The position numbers and the translations under genes were made by a program. Of a stretch of DNA of 12,440 nucleotides, positions 1 through 7,182 are shown piece after piece. The stretch's first letter is position 1; each line of letters opens with the position of its first letter. The stretch is from a virus (Duplodnaviria; Heunggongvirae; Uroviricota; Caudoviricetes): the IMG/VR virus record IMGVR_UViG_2698536348_000004. The stretch is one strand, 5' to 3'. The notes beneath the pieces were generated by a model. It was not told the DNA's origin and did no database searches. It saw nothing but the letters and a program-made list of their open reading frames with translations.

Positions 1-68
1 TGTGTCAGCTTTTCCGCAAGGTCTGACGGCGACGCCGCCCTGACAACATCATAATGTTTAATCGACAT
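1..68 (-). CDS. Hypothetical protein, N-terminal fragment only (gene runs off the window start); first residues MSIKHYDVVRAASPSDLAEKLT
   Basis: ATG at 66-68 on the minus strand with a GGGAGA Shine-Dalgarno about 7 nt upstream; frame stays open to the window edge. Absent from the ORF track because it is truncated. Competes with overlapping track ORFs 54..287(+) and 117..311(-). Confidence 0.3.
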   Translation of the reverse strand, partial: MSIKHYDVVRAASPSDLAEKLT

Positions 69-611
69 CGAATTTCTCCCGTGTACAGGAACAGAGTTAA
101 AAAGCCGGAACCGGAATCAAATTACAGGATGGCCATCTGCCAGTGGCAGGTCATAAAAAAAAGGCCGCGCCATGCGCAGCCAGAACTCACAAGGAAAATG
201 ATAGAAGGAAATAACATTAGTGATGTACGCATGGCGCCTCCCGCTAAGTTCTGCAATGATCAAACAGAACTCGCTACGTGCCCTTAAAACTCGATCATTT
301 AGCCCCTCCAAGGAGGATTCACCATGCGGTTGATTTTTTAATAAACAGTAAACAAAAAAGTCAAGGATTATTCATTCTGTTTTTTCATCATCGGCCACAG
401 CAATACCACAATGCCGCAGACCAGAGCGCCATCAGTCAGTACCAACATTATCCTGCTGGTGAAATCCATCATCACCATCACTAAAAGCAGGATCACAACA
501 GCAAGCAGACACAGTTTATAAAACAATGTTCAGAAAACGCATTCAGCATGCCTAAGGTTCTATTCCTACGAATAGCCAACTTGCAACTTAAAATATTATT
601 TATGCAGCCAA

Positions 612-1370
612 TTAAATTCTGGTCCTTACAATATCAACCTGAAGATTCTTATCTTGTGCTGATTGATAAATGACAAACCTTTTACTACCTGCATTGAAAG
701 AAGTAGACAAAACCAGACAATTATCATAACGAGCAAGAACATAATACCAACCATCATTATAATTAATCATTTCATATTCTTTCTTAAACTGTGGTTTGTA
801 ATATCCTGTCAGAAATGAAAAAAGCCAGAAATATGCCACAAAAGCAATCATCACAATCTCAAAAAAATGTTTTTTTATAAATGGCTTATCATAGAAGCAT
901 GATACCGATAAAAATCGCCCATAAGATCTTATCGAAATTGTAACCGCCAGCGCAATCGCTGCTGACAGTAGCAAAAGAGGTACCTGAATCTTCTGTCTCA
1001 ATATAGAAAACTCAATAATTGCCGGCACAAACAATAATTCCACAGCAAAATAAAGGCGAAATACATTTAGCTCTTGCATAGAATGTTTTCTTTTCACTGC
1101 GAAAAAGAATACAACACCAATACCCCAACCGATAAGAAATATAGCAATGACGATAACTGCAAAAAATAAACTTCTGGCAACATCATCAACACCTGCACCT
1201 ACAATCCACCATGGGAAGCCGTAGTAAAAAGAAGTACCCCATCCATAGAAATAAGCACTCCCCCATCCAAGGCATCCCATGTAGGCAATAAAAAGTGAAG
1301 AACTCCTGAGCAGCGCACCATCCTTCATAACCACCCCAATACAAGATGATAACATTGGCTTACAACTCAT
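612..1370 (-). CDS. Polytopic inner-membrane protein (about five hydrophobic helices, rich in W/Y/F/G, roughly 60-aa soluble C-terminal tail); function unknown; moron-like
   Basis: 252-aa ORF, AT-rich, first gene downstream of the pR'-like promoter. Five long hydrophobic stretches in the translation. No clear SD at 1370; an internal ATG at 1328 (MKDGALL...) is an alternative start. Confidence 0.65.
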   Translation of the reverse strand: MSCKPMLSSCIGVVMKDGALLRSSSLFIAYMGCLGWGSAYFYGWGTSFYYGFPWWIVGAGVDDVARSLFFAVIVIAIFLIGWGIGVVFFFAVKRKHSMQELNVFRLYFAVELLFVPAIIEFSILRQKIQVPLLLLSAAIALAVTISIRSYGRFLSVSCFYDKPFIKKHFFEIVMIAFVAYFWLFSFLTGYYKPQFKKEYEMINYNDGWYYVLARYDNCLVLSTSFNAGSKRFVIYQSAQDKNLQVDIVRTRI

Positions 1371-1536
1371 AACAAAAGCAATTCAATGCCGTCAAGAGGT
1401 TACAGGCTAAAAAAACTCTATTACATTGCAGTCAGCATGTTTACTACACAAATACAATTCAGAGCATAAAAACTACTCGGCGGCAGGTTATTGAGACTCA
1501 TCAATGACATGTAAAAAACGCCCATTATTGATGTCA

Positions 1537-1565
1537 AGTTTCCCCAAAGTTATTCAAAAAGTCAA
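1537..1565 (-). promoter_or_regulatory. Late promoter pR'-like (Q-dependent), with the Q-utilisation region
   Basis: Minus-strand read TTGACT-N17-GAAACT immediately downstream of the Q stop, followed by TGACATCAATAATGGG. Resembles the lambda pR' segment as I recall it (TTGACTtattgaataaaattgggTAAATT). The -10 is weak. Confidence 0.45.
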
Positions 1566-1607
1566 TATTATGCCGTTAATATGTTGCCATCCGTGGCAAT
1601 CATGGCG

Positions 1608-2231
1608 CTAACGTGTGATCGCATTCAAAATGTTGTCTGCGATTGACTCTTCCTTGTGGCATTGCACAACCAGAGCGTCATACAGCGGCTTAACAGTGCG
1701 TGACCAGGTGGGTTGGGTAAGGTTTGGGATTAGCATCGTCACAGCGCGATATGCGGCGCTTGCTGGCATTCTTGAATAACCGACGCCTTTACATCTTCCG
1801 CACTCTTTCTCAGCAACTATCCCCCACTGCTCTGTTTTGGCTATATCAACCGCACGGCCTGTACCGTGGCAATCTCTGCATCTTGCGCCCGGCGTAGCAG
1901 CACTACGGCAATAATCCGCATAAGCGAATGTTGCGAGCACTTGCAGTACCTTTGCCTTAGTATTTCCTTCGAGCTTTGCCACACCACGGTATTTCCCCGA
2001 TACCTTGTGTGCAAATTGCATCAGATAGTTGATAGCCTTTTGTTTGTCGTTCTGGCTGAGTTCATGCTTACCGCAGAATGCAGCCATTCCGAATCCGGCT
2101 TGTGATTGCGCCATCCCCATAGCAGCCATCACATCAGTACCGGAAAGAGAGTCAGAAGCCGTAGCCCGTGGTGAGTCGCTCATCATCGGGCTTTTTGGCG
2201 AATGAAATTTAGCTACGCTTTCGAGTCTCAT
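1608..2231 (-). CDS. Q: Late-gene antiterminator Q (lambda Q type)
   Basis: 207 aa; starts MRLESVAKFHSPKSPMMSDSPR; Cys-rich zinc-binding segment CRDCHGTGRAV...CGRCKGVG. Near-identical to lambda Q as recalled. Start overlaps the ninH stop. Confidence 0.9.
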   Translation of the reverse strand: MRLESVAKFHSPKSPMMSDSPRATASDSLSGTDVMAAMGMAQSQAGFGMAAFCGKHELSQNDKQKAINYLMQFAHKVSGKYRGVAKLEGNTKAKVLQVLATFAYADYCRSAATPGARCRDCHGTGRAVDIAKTEQWGIVAEKECGRCKGVGYSRMPASAAYRAVTMLIPNLTQPTWSRTVKPLYDALVVQCHKEESIADNILNAITR

Positions 2232-2416
2232 CGTCTTCCCTTTTTGCCTGGCGTTACCATCAGGACGCCGTTAACTATTACGTGACGCTCACCTTTGCTG
2301 TCTCGGTTGTACTTGAGCACTGTTCCTCTTGCGCAGGAAAGTATCCTTGCCACTTCGGTCTGATTACCTCGTGTCTGGATAAGAAGCTCTGGTATCGTTT
2401 GAATTGTGGCGTTCAT
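2228..2416 (-). CDS. ninH: NinH-like small DNA-binding protein
   Basis: 62 aa; TIPELLIQTRGNQTEVARILSCARGTVLKY matches the lambda NinH pattern (TIPDMLVEAYGNQTEVARRLKCSRGTVRKY). Sits directly upstream of Q as in lambda. Confidence 0.8.
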   Translation of the reverse strand: MNATIQTIPELLIQTRGNQTEVARILSCARGTVLKYNRDSKGERHVIVNGVLMVTPGKKGRR

Positions 2417-2775
2417 ACGTTCTCCAGTTCGGTGATTTTTATTCCAAGCCGTCCGCCTGGTACTTTCACACCACGAATTACGCGAATGTCATCGAATTGC
2501 TCGTCGTCTTCCGCAAATCCGGCGTGGATAAGGGAGTCGAGTAAACCTTTCAGGATGTTATCGAGGTCGCGGCGGCGGGAGTCTGGAACGTCTGCTATGA
2601 CTTTGATGCGGAGTCGTGATTTGGTGAAAATATCTAACTTGAGTTGGTGGATGATTTGCTGAACGTCTTTTCGGTATTTCTGGCCTTTATCGCTGATGTA
2701 GTATTGGCTTCCCCGTCTTCGCCAGTAGGTATTCACCGACGGCGGGTATGGAAGCACAAACTGATATTCGTTCAT
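2413..2775 (-). CDS. rusA: Holliday-junction resolvase RusA
   Basis: 120 aa; motifs LPYPPSVNTYW, RRRDLDN, GGRLGIKITE typical of the RusA family; overlapping start/stop with neighbouring genes. Confidence 0.9.
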   Translation of the reverse strand: MNEYQFVLPYPPSVNTYWRRRGSQYYISDKGQKYRKDVQQIIHQLKLDIFTKSRLRIKVIADVPDSRRRDLDNILKGLLDSLIHAGFAEDDEQFDDIRVIRGVKVPGGRLGIKITELENV

Positions 2776-3062
2776 GACTTAATCTTCCCCTCCTTCAGCA
2801 GTATCGCCTGCGTCCTGATTACGCCTTCGAGGTGGTAAAGTCTGGCGTCTTTGTTGTCGAGATTATGGGTGCGTCTGTCGATTTCATCGTGACACGCGCT
2901 ACAAGCCCATGCGCCGATCAGGTCTTCAGGCTTCATTCCAGTTCCGCAAATTCCAGCCATCCGGTAATGTGCCAGAACTGTAGTTTCAGGATTGCCATTG
3001 CATATGCCGTAAATACGAACCTGGCATTCTCTGCCGCGTGCTTCTTTGCGTAGGTTAGCCAT
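2772..3062 (-). CDS. ybcO: DUF1364/YbcO-like Cys-rich nin-region protein (putative nuclease)
   Basis: 96 aa; RGRECQVRIYGICNGNPETTVLAH ... CSACHDEIDRR resembles DLP12 YbcO as recalled; translationally coupled to rusA. Confidence 0.65.
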   Translation of the reverse strand: MANLRKEARGRECQVRIYGICNGNPETTVLAHYRMAGICGTGMKPEDLIGAWACSACHDEIDRRTHNLDNKDARLYHLEGVIRTQAILLKEGKIKS

Positions 3063-3775
3063 TAAGCAGCCTCCCCTGTTACTTTCAGCATTCCGTTATC
3101 GAGCAGCTTTCTGGTCAGCCACTGTTGACCACGCCCGGTGATTTTTGTGGTGAACGATATCTGTATTCCGTGATTTGTGTTGACCGCTGTTTCTTTCACT
3201 GTGAAATAGCCGCGCTCCATATATTCCTGCATTGGCACATTTCGCCGGGAACCTGAAGCAATAAGGATTTTGTGATCACGCATCCACGCAAACAGTTTGT
3301 TTGGACCAATACCAACAACCTTTGCATAGTTTCCAATCAAAATTCCGCTGGCCTCGCCAACGCGATCGGCAAACTCAACTTTAGGTGCGGCAATTGCGAG
3401 CTGGTTTTCTAGTTGCATTTTCTGCTCAGCAAGATCAGCAGCAAGGCGTAACGCTTCTGGTAGCGTTTTTGGGATATTAACCGCAGCTTCTTCAAGCTCT
3501 CGCCAACGGTCAACAAGACGAGCGGTGAATTCCGGCGACAACTGGGCAACGACAATAATGCTGTCGCGCTTACCTTGTTCTCCTTCGAAGATGTAATAGC
3601 TTACCGGTCGGCCTGCGGTGGGCTTCTCCCCCATTGGGGGAAAAGCTATTACACCTCGTCCCGCCAGTCGTTCAATAGATTGTTTCACCTTGTCATGACG
3701 ACTTCCCACCAACTCAGCGATTTCAATGCTGGTCATTTTGATGGCGTTGCTATTTATCAGCTCATTCATTGTCAT
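3062..3775 (-). CDS. Phage antirepressor/regulatory protein (Rha-like N-terminal domain with KilA-C/ANT-like C-terminal domain)
   Basis: 237 aa; N-terminal TSIEIAELVGSRHDKVKQSIERL resembles the Rha family HTH segment; family call from motif memory. A second in-frame ATG at 3769 has better SD spacing (AGAGGA). Confidence 0.7.
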   Translation of the reverse strand: MTMNELINSNAIKMTSIEIAELVGSRHDKVKQSIERLAGRGVIAFPPMGEKPTAGRPVSYYIFEGEQGKRDSIIVVAQLSPEFTARLVDRWRELEEAAVNIPKTLPEALRLAADLAEQKMQLENQLAIAAPKVEFADRVGEASGILIGNYAKVVGIGPNKLFAWMRDHKILIASGSRRNVPMQEYMERGYFTVKETAVNTNHGIQISFTTKITGRGQQWLTRKLLDNGMLKVTGEAA

Positions 3776-3802
3776 GTCCTCTCATATTGAAAATTCAGCA
3801 AT

Positions 3803-3830
3803 AAAAAACCCAGCCGAAGCTGGGTTTGTT
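3803..3830 (-). terminator. Rho-independent terminator (bidirectional hairpin; stronger on the minus strand)
   Basis: Stem CCCAGC (3809-3814), loop CGAA, stem GCTGGG (3819-3824); minus-strand read is followed by TTTTTTAT, plus-strand read by TTTGTT. Confidence 0.7.
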
Positions 3831-3892
3831 AAGTTGTCAATGGTCAGTAGTAATGCAGTGAAGGAGGTAAACTTACGCTGAAGGATTTGTAC

Positions 3893-3920
3893 AAAAAAAC
3901 CACCTGAAGGTGGGTTACTG
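3893..3920 (-). terminator. Rho-independent terminator immediately after the stop of the 3921..4934 gene
   Basis: Minus-strand read CCACC-TTCA-GGTGG followed by TTTTTTT (plus 3893-3899 is an A7 run); begins one nucleotide after the stop codon at 3921-3923. Confidence 0.8.
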
Positions 3921-4934
3921 TTACTTGTCTGAATCATCCAGTTCGTCTGTTTTCACATCCTCAAACCTTGGATGCAGGCGATTCATTTTTGCAATAAAAT
4001 CTGAATAGTCGTTAGATAGCTTCATAATCGTAACGGTTGATGACAGATGCTCTCTTAATTTTTGATATCCAATATTTGGCGTCAGCCCCTGAAACAACTT
4101 TGTACCTTTTGAGGCCTTTACGTTCTGCTTTTTAAGCTCCTCAAGGATGTTTGGTGCCAATCTCTTGTAGACGATATCATTTGTCAAAACGCCAAAATAC
4201 TGAGGCCGGAAGCGGGGATTTTCCGGCGGGTATTCTAAGCCCCTTAACCTGAAAAGCTCTTCATAATAATCAGCAGGAAATGTTGTAATATAAGGTTGAA
4301 TTTCCTTTGCGACAAAGGCCTCGAGTATTTTGGCGAGCGCATCTTTTTCTCTATCTCGCTGGTACCCCGTCGCTTCATCAACAAGCGCTATTATTCCGAC
4401 TTTAGCTAATGAGCGCACCAGAATTTCAGCTTTCTTGGCTGTCTCTAACTGGTTTGGCCTGGTGATAGCGCCTGCCTCTCTTGCCTTTAAATAAACATCG
4501 CAGACAAGAGGTATTATGGATGCGTCATAACCTTCCTGGACGGAGCCAGTAATCGTCTTGTATTTGACCTTATTGATCACATCCATAACATCTTGATTTA
4601 TATATTTTTTAAGGTTTGCAGCATCCATAAAAGCGGGCATATTGATCACCCCCTCTTCTTGAGGTGCTCTACCCCCTCTTTGTGGTCGGCCAAATGCTTT
4701 AAAAACAGAAGCTTGTGATATGATACGCCGTCCATTTTCGAGAACCGCGACATCTAATTCCGCATCACCGATCTTTAACTTTCCCTCATTCGCAGATACG
4801 GGCAATAAAGCTTTTTCTTTTTTTGCGGCAACAGCCTTTCTTGAGGATTCTTTTCTTTGCTCTGCTGTCATTTTTGCCGCGCGTGCCTTACCGCCTTTGG
4901 CCTTCCCACTAACATCATCATTTTTCATGAGCAT
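3921..4934 (-). CDS. Hypothetical phage protein with a lysine/alanine-rich basic N-terminal region (possibly P63C-domain family, unverified); moron
   Basis: Track ORF 3921..4988, but the first 18 codons overlap a promoter and dyad elements, so the start is more likely ATG 4934 (MLMKNDD) or 4928. Own promoter upstream and terminator downstream. Confidence 0.7.
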   Translation of the reverse strand: MLMKNDDVSGKAKGGKARAAKMTAEQRKESSRKAVAAKKEKALLPVSANEGKLKIGDAELDVAVLENGRRIISQASVFKAFGRPQRGGRAPQEEGVINMPAFMDAANLKKYINQDVMDVINKVKYKTITGSVQEGYDASIIPLVCDVYLKAREAGAITRPNQLETAKKAEILVRSLAKVGIIALVDEATGYQRDREKDALAKILEAFVAKEIQPYITTFPADYYEELFRLRGLEYPPENPRFRPQYFGVLTNDIVYKRLAPNILEELKKQNVKASKGTKLFQGLTPNIGYQKLREHLSSTVTIMKLSNDYSDFIAKMNRLHPRFEDVKTDELDDSDK

Positions 4935-4959
4935 ATCTCGTGTTGTGATTGATAAGTCA

Positions 4960-5006
4960 ATCATACACATGCACGTTGTAACGTGCAATATTTAAATATG
5001 CACGTA
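4960..5006 (-). promoter_or_regulatory. Sigma70-like promoter for the 3921..4934 gene, overlapped by GCACGT dyad operator-like elements
   Basis: Minus-strand read TTGCAC (plus 4983-4988) - 17 nt - TATGAT (plus 4960-4965). Half-sites GCACGT at 4971-4976, ACGTGC at 4981-4986, GCACGT at 5000-5005 form two inverted repeats. Confidence 0.5.
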
Positions 5007-5151
5007 AATTGCGAATCAGATAATGAGGAGACTTTCTCCCCCTTGCACTGACATCATGGTATTCTGCTCAAAACTAAATTTCTGGAGCGTTTCGTTGGAA
5101 GGTATTTGCAGTTTTCGCAGATTATGTCGGTGATGCTTCGTCGCTGTCGTC

Positions 5152-5562
5152 TCATTCGTACCTCCTGTCGGTAAATCTGACACCCTGACCAATAGCCCAG
5201 GCTGTTGTGTACTCGATCAGACTTGCCATACGCTTCACGCTCATCTGCGCGCTGCTTTCGCGAATGTTGACGTATTCGCCTTCAAGCCCGGGCAAAACAT
5301 CAGCTTCCTGCTTTGTTGCCACTGCATGACCGCTAATCAACAAAACCTTCCATTGTTCTGGTTTTAACCACTTATCGCACCATTGAACCTGACGTGCGAT
5401 ATCCGCCAGCATCGCGTGAAATTTTGCGTTCTGGTCAAGGTTGCGCTTGTAGTCAGTAATGCGGATGGTGACTGGCTTGTCTTTATCGAGAGGAGTTGCG
5501 AGGATGGCGTTGATTGCGGCTTGCTGTTGTTGCTTAGTTCGGAGGAAGATTGTTTGCTTCAT
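5152..5562 (-). CDS. ninB: NinB (Orf-family recombination mediator)
   Basis: 136 aa; [20 protein letters not shown] and overall pattern resemble lambda NinB (RSLDQNRKLWACLGDVSRQVEW); GGAG SD; 2 nt after the upstream gene's stop. Confidence 0.8.
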   Translation of the reverse strand: MKQTIFLRTKQQQQAAINAILATPLDKDKPVTIRITDYKRNLDQNAKFHAMLADIARQVQWCDKWLKPEQWKVLLISGHAVATKQEADVLPGLEGEYVNIRESSAQMSVKRMASLIEYTTAWAIGQGVRFTDRRYE

Positions 5563-5564
5563 CG

Positions 5565-5897
5565 TTACTCCTTCACTTTGACTTCAGCGGCTATGATGGC
5601 TTTCATCACTGCAATTACCGTTTTGTCCTTCCCATCCTCATGCCCCATCGCATAAGCGCCTTCTTCGCCACCTTTCCAAAAGTTGTCATTCGATTCGGGC
5701 CAGTCGATATCCAGTTCAATAGCTGCTCGCGATGCCTGCCACGTTTGCCAGTGGCCTTGAACATCGTCCATCACGTATTGACCACCAATATTACCGCTGC
5801 CAATTTCATGGTGATTTTCAGGGTAACGGATAAGGTCTGAGGATTCGCCTCCACGTCGCAACCAACTTTCTTCAAACTGCTTTCTTGATTCGTCCAT
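5565..5897 (-). CDS. Hypothetical acidic protein (110 aa)
   Basis: ORF with a good SD (GAGGA) upstream of ATG 5897; tightly packed between the small membrane ORF and ninB; no recognised motif. Confidence 0.6.
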   Translation of the reverse strand: MDESRKQFEESWLRRGGESSDLIRYPENHHEIGSGNIGGQYVMDDVQGHWQTWQASRAAIELDIDWPESNDNFWKGGEEGAYAMGHEDGKDKTVIAVMKAIIAAEVKVKE

Positions 5898-5914
5898 CGA
5901 TACTTATCCTCAGT

Positions 5915-6121
5915 TCAACTCACAAAACGCCACGCCATTTTTGCTACAGCGACAGGCGCAACACCGATAATCACCCACAGGAGAATGCTACCGAAAAGCA
6001 CACCCACCAGGTCTTTACCTTCGCCTACCAACCGGACAAAACTTCCGACAACCGCAATGAACGTCGACACCATCCACATAGCACCGAGAATCCTCAATGC
6101 AGAGAAAATTAACTCAGCCAC
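5915..6121 (-). CDS. Small two-helix membrane protein (68 aa), GTG start
   Basis: Two hydrophobic segments (IFSALRILGAMWMVSTFIAVVGSF and LVGVLFGSILLWVIIGVAPVAV); GTG start at 6119-6121 with GGGGGAGAG SD; directly downstream of a terminator. Confidence 0.55.
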   Translation of the reverse strand: MAELIFSALRILGAMWMVSTFIAVVGSFVRLVGEGKDLVGVLFGSILLWVIIGVAPVAVAKMAWRFVS

Positions 6122-6134
6122 GATTTACTCTCCC

Positions 6135-6170
6135 CCAAATAAAAAGGCCTGCGATTACCAGCAGGCCTGT
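6135..6170 (-). terminator. Rho-independent terminator after ren (tR2-like position)
   Basis: Minus-strand read GGCCTGC-TGGTAATC-GCAGGCC followed by TTTTTATTT; lies between the ren stop (6194) and the next gene. Confidence 0.75.
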
Positions 6171-6193
6171 TATTAGCTCAGTGATGTAGATGG

Positions 6194-6484
6194 TCATCTT
6201 TTAACTCCATATACCGCCAATACCCGTTTCATCGCGGCACTCTGGCAACACTCCTTAAAAATCAGGTTCGTGCTCATCTTTCCTTCCCGTTCTTCCTTGG
6301 TAGCAAACCGGTAATACACCGTTCGCCAGACCTTACCTTCGATAACCAGAAGACCTGCCCGTGCCATTTTAGCCGCGGCCTGATTTATGCTGGTTACTGT
6401 TGCGCCTGTTAACGCGGCAACGTCCGGCGCACAGAAGCTATTATGCGTCCCCAGGTAATGAATAATTGCCTCTTTGCCCGTCAT
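6194..6484 (-). CDS. ren: Ren (protects against Rex exclusion in lambda)
   Basis: 96 aa; MTGKEAIIHYLGTHNSFCAPDVAALTGATVTSINQAAAKMARAG matches lambda Ren as recalled; ATGA overlap with the P stop, as in lambda. Confidence 0.85.
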   Translation of the reverse strand: MTGKEAIIHYLGTHNSFCAPDVAALTGATVTSINQAAAKMARAGLLVIEGKVWRTVYYRFATKEEREGKMSTNLIFKECCQSAAMKRVLAVYGVKR

Positions 6485-7182
6485 ACACTTGCTCCTTTCA
6501 GTCCGAACTTAGCTTTAATTTCTGCGATCTTCGCCAGCGCCTGAACACGATTTAGAGGTCTGCCGCCCATGACAGGAAGTTGTTTTACTGGTTCAGGTAT
6601 CGTCTCACCACGGTTAATTCGCGCTGTCATACAGGTCAGTTCATCGGCAGCCTTACGGCGTAATTCCGCATCAGTAAGCGCATTGGCCCGCATGTTCTGA
6701 TACAGGTTGGTGACCAGCCAGTAGTGCGCGTTTGATTTCCACGGATAAGACTCCGCATCCGGATACAGGCCACGCTTCCGGCAATACTCGTAAACCATAT
6801 CAACCAGCTCGCTGACGTTTGGCAGTCCGGCGATAACGGATGCTTCTTCCCGGCACCATGCAACAAACTGCCCGGGAGATGGCAGAAATGGTCGATTCTG
6901 CCGACGGGCTACGCGCATTCCTGCGTTAACCTGTTCCATTGTGGTGATCCCGTTTTCCCGGAAAGCCAGAACCCACTGGCGGCGGATTTCGTTCAGTTCG
7001 TTCTGGTCACGGTTAGCCAGGCTCGCCGGGAAAGTTGCCAGTAACTGGCTGAACACACCGTTGATGATCTGCGCTACCTGCTGTACCTGCGGCTTTTCGT
7101 CGTACTGTTCCGGCATGTTGTTGGCGATCCGACGCATCTGCTCACGGTCAAAATTAACCATCTGTGCGGCGATGTTTTTCAT
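6481..7182 (-). CDS. P: Replication protein P (DnaB helicase loader)
   Basis: 233 aa; MKNIAAQMVNFDREQMRRIANNMPEQYDEKPQVQQVAQIING... essentially the lambda P sequence as recalled; ATGA overlap with O. Confidence 0.95.
   Translation of the reverse strand: MKNIAAQMVNFDREQMRRIANNMPEQYDEKPQVQQVAQIINGVFSQLLATFPASLANRDQNELNEIRRQWVLAFRENGITTMEQVNAGMRVARRQNRPFLPSPGQFVAWCREEASVIAGLPNVSELVDMVYEYCRKRGLYPDAESYPWKSNAHYWLVTNLYQNMRANALTDAELRRKAADELTCMTARINRGETIPEPVKQLPVMGGRPLNRVQALAKIAEIKAKFGLKGASV

Noticed and set aside
54-311. Overlapping track ORFs 54..287(+) and 117..311(-)
   Set aside because: Mutually overlapping. The minus ORF needs a TTG start without an SD. Neither has a recognisable motif. A truncated minus-strand gene starting at 68 is the only one with a reasonable SD, so these were left unannotated.
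278-484. Track ORF on the + strand ending in a six-histidine run
   Set aside because: The His run is the antisense reading of an ATG/GTG codon repeat. There is no SD and the composition is junk-like. The minus-strand hydrophobic frame is the more plausible coding strand, and even that is low confidence.
1371-1607. Search for stx-like toxin genes, tRNA genes or a clear tR' terminator between Q and the next gene
   Set aside because: No toxin-like ORF and no tRNA-like structure was seen. A-runs are present (1409-1415, 1514-1519) but lack a convincing preceding GC-rich stem, so no terminator was called.
1866-2662. Plus-strand track ORFs 1866..2105 and 2282..2662 opposite Q, ninH and rusA
   Set aside because: Antisense to recognisable genes; Cys/Ser-rich junk-like translations.
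2644-3053. Plus-strand track ORFs 2644..2838 and 2832..3053 opposite rusA and ybcO
   Set aside because: Antisense to recognisable genes; no start signals.
3575-3790. Plus-strand track ORF opposite the antirepressor gene
   Set aside because: Antisense to a gene with a recognisable Rha-like N-terminus.
3859-3892. Strong SD-like AAGGAGGT on the plus strand between the two terminators
   Set aside because: No ATG, GTG or TTG start at a workable distance and no downstream ORF, so it was not called as a gene.
4720-4995. Plus-strand track ORF opposite the 337-aa moron gene
   Set aside because: Antisense to the lysine-rich coding frame; overlaps the moron promoter region.
5383-6176. Plus-strand track ORFs (5383..5655, 5550..5840, 5885..6112, 5985..6176) opposite ninB, orf110 and orf68
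   Set aside because: All antisense to a tightly packed minus-strand operon; none has an SD or motif.
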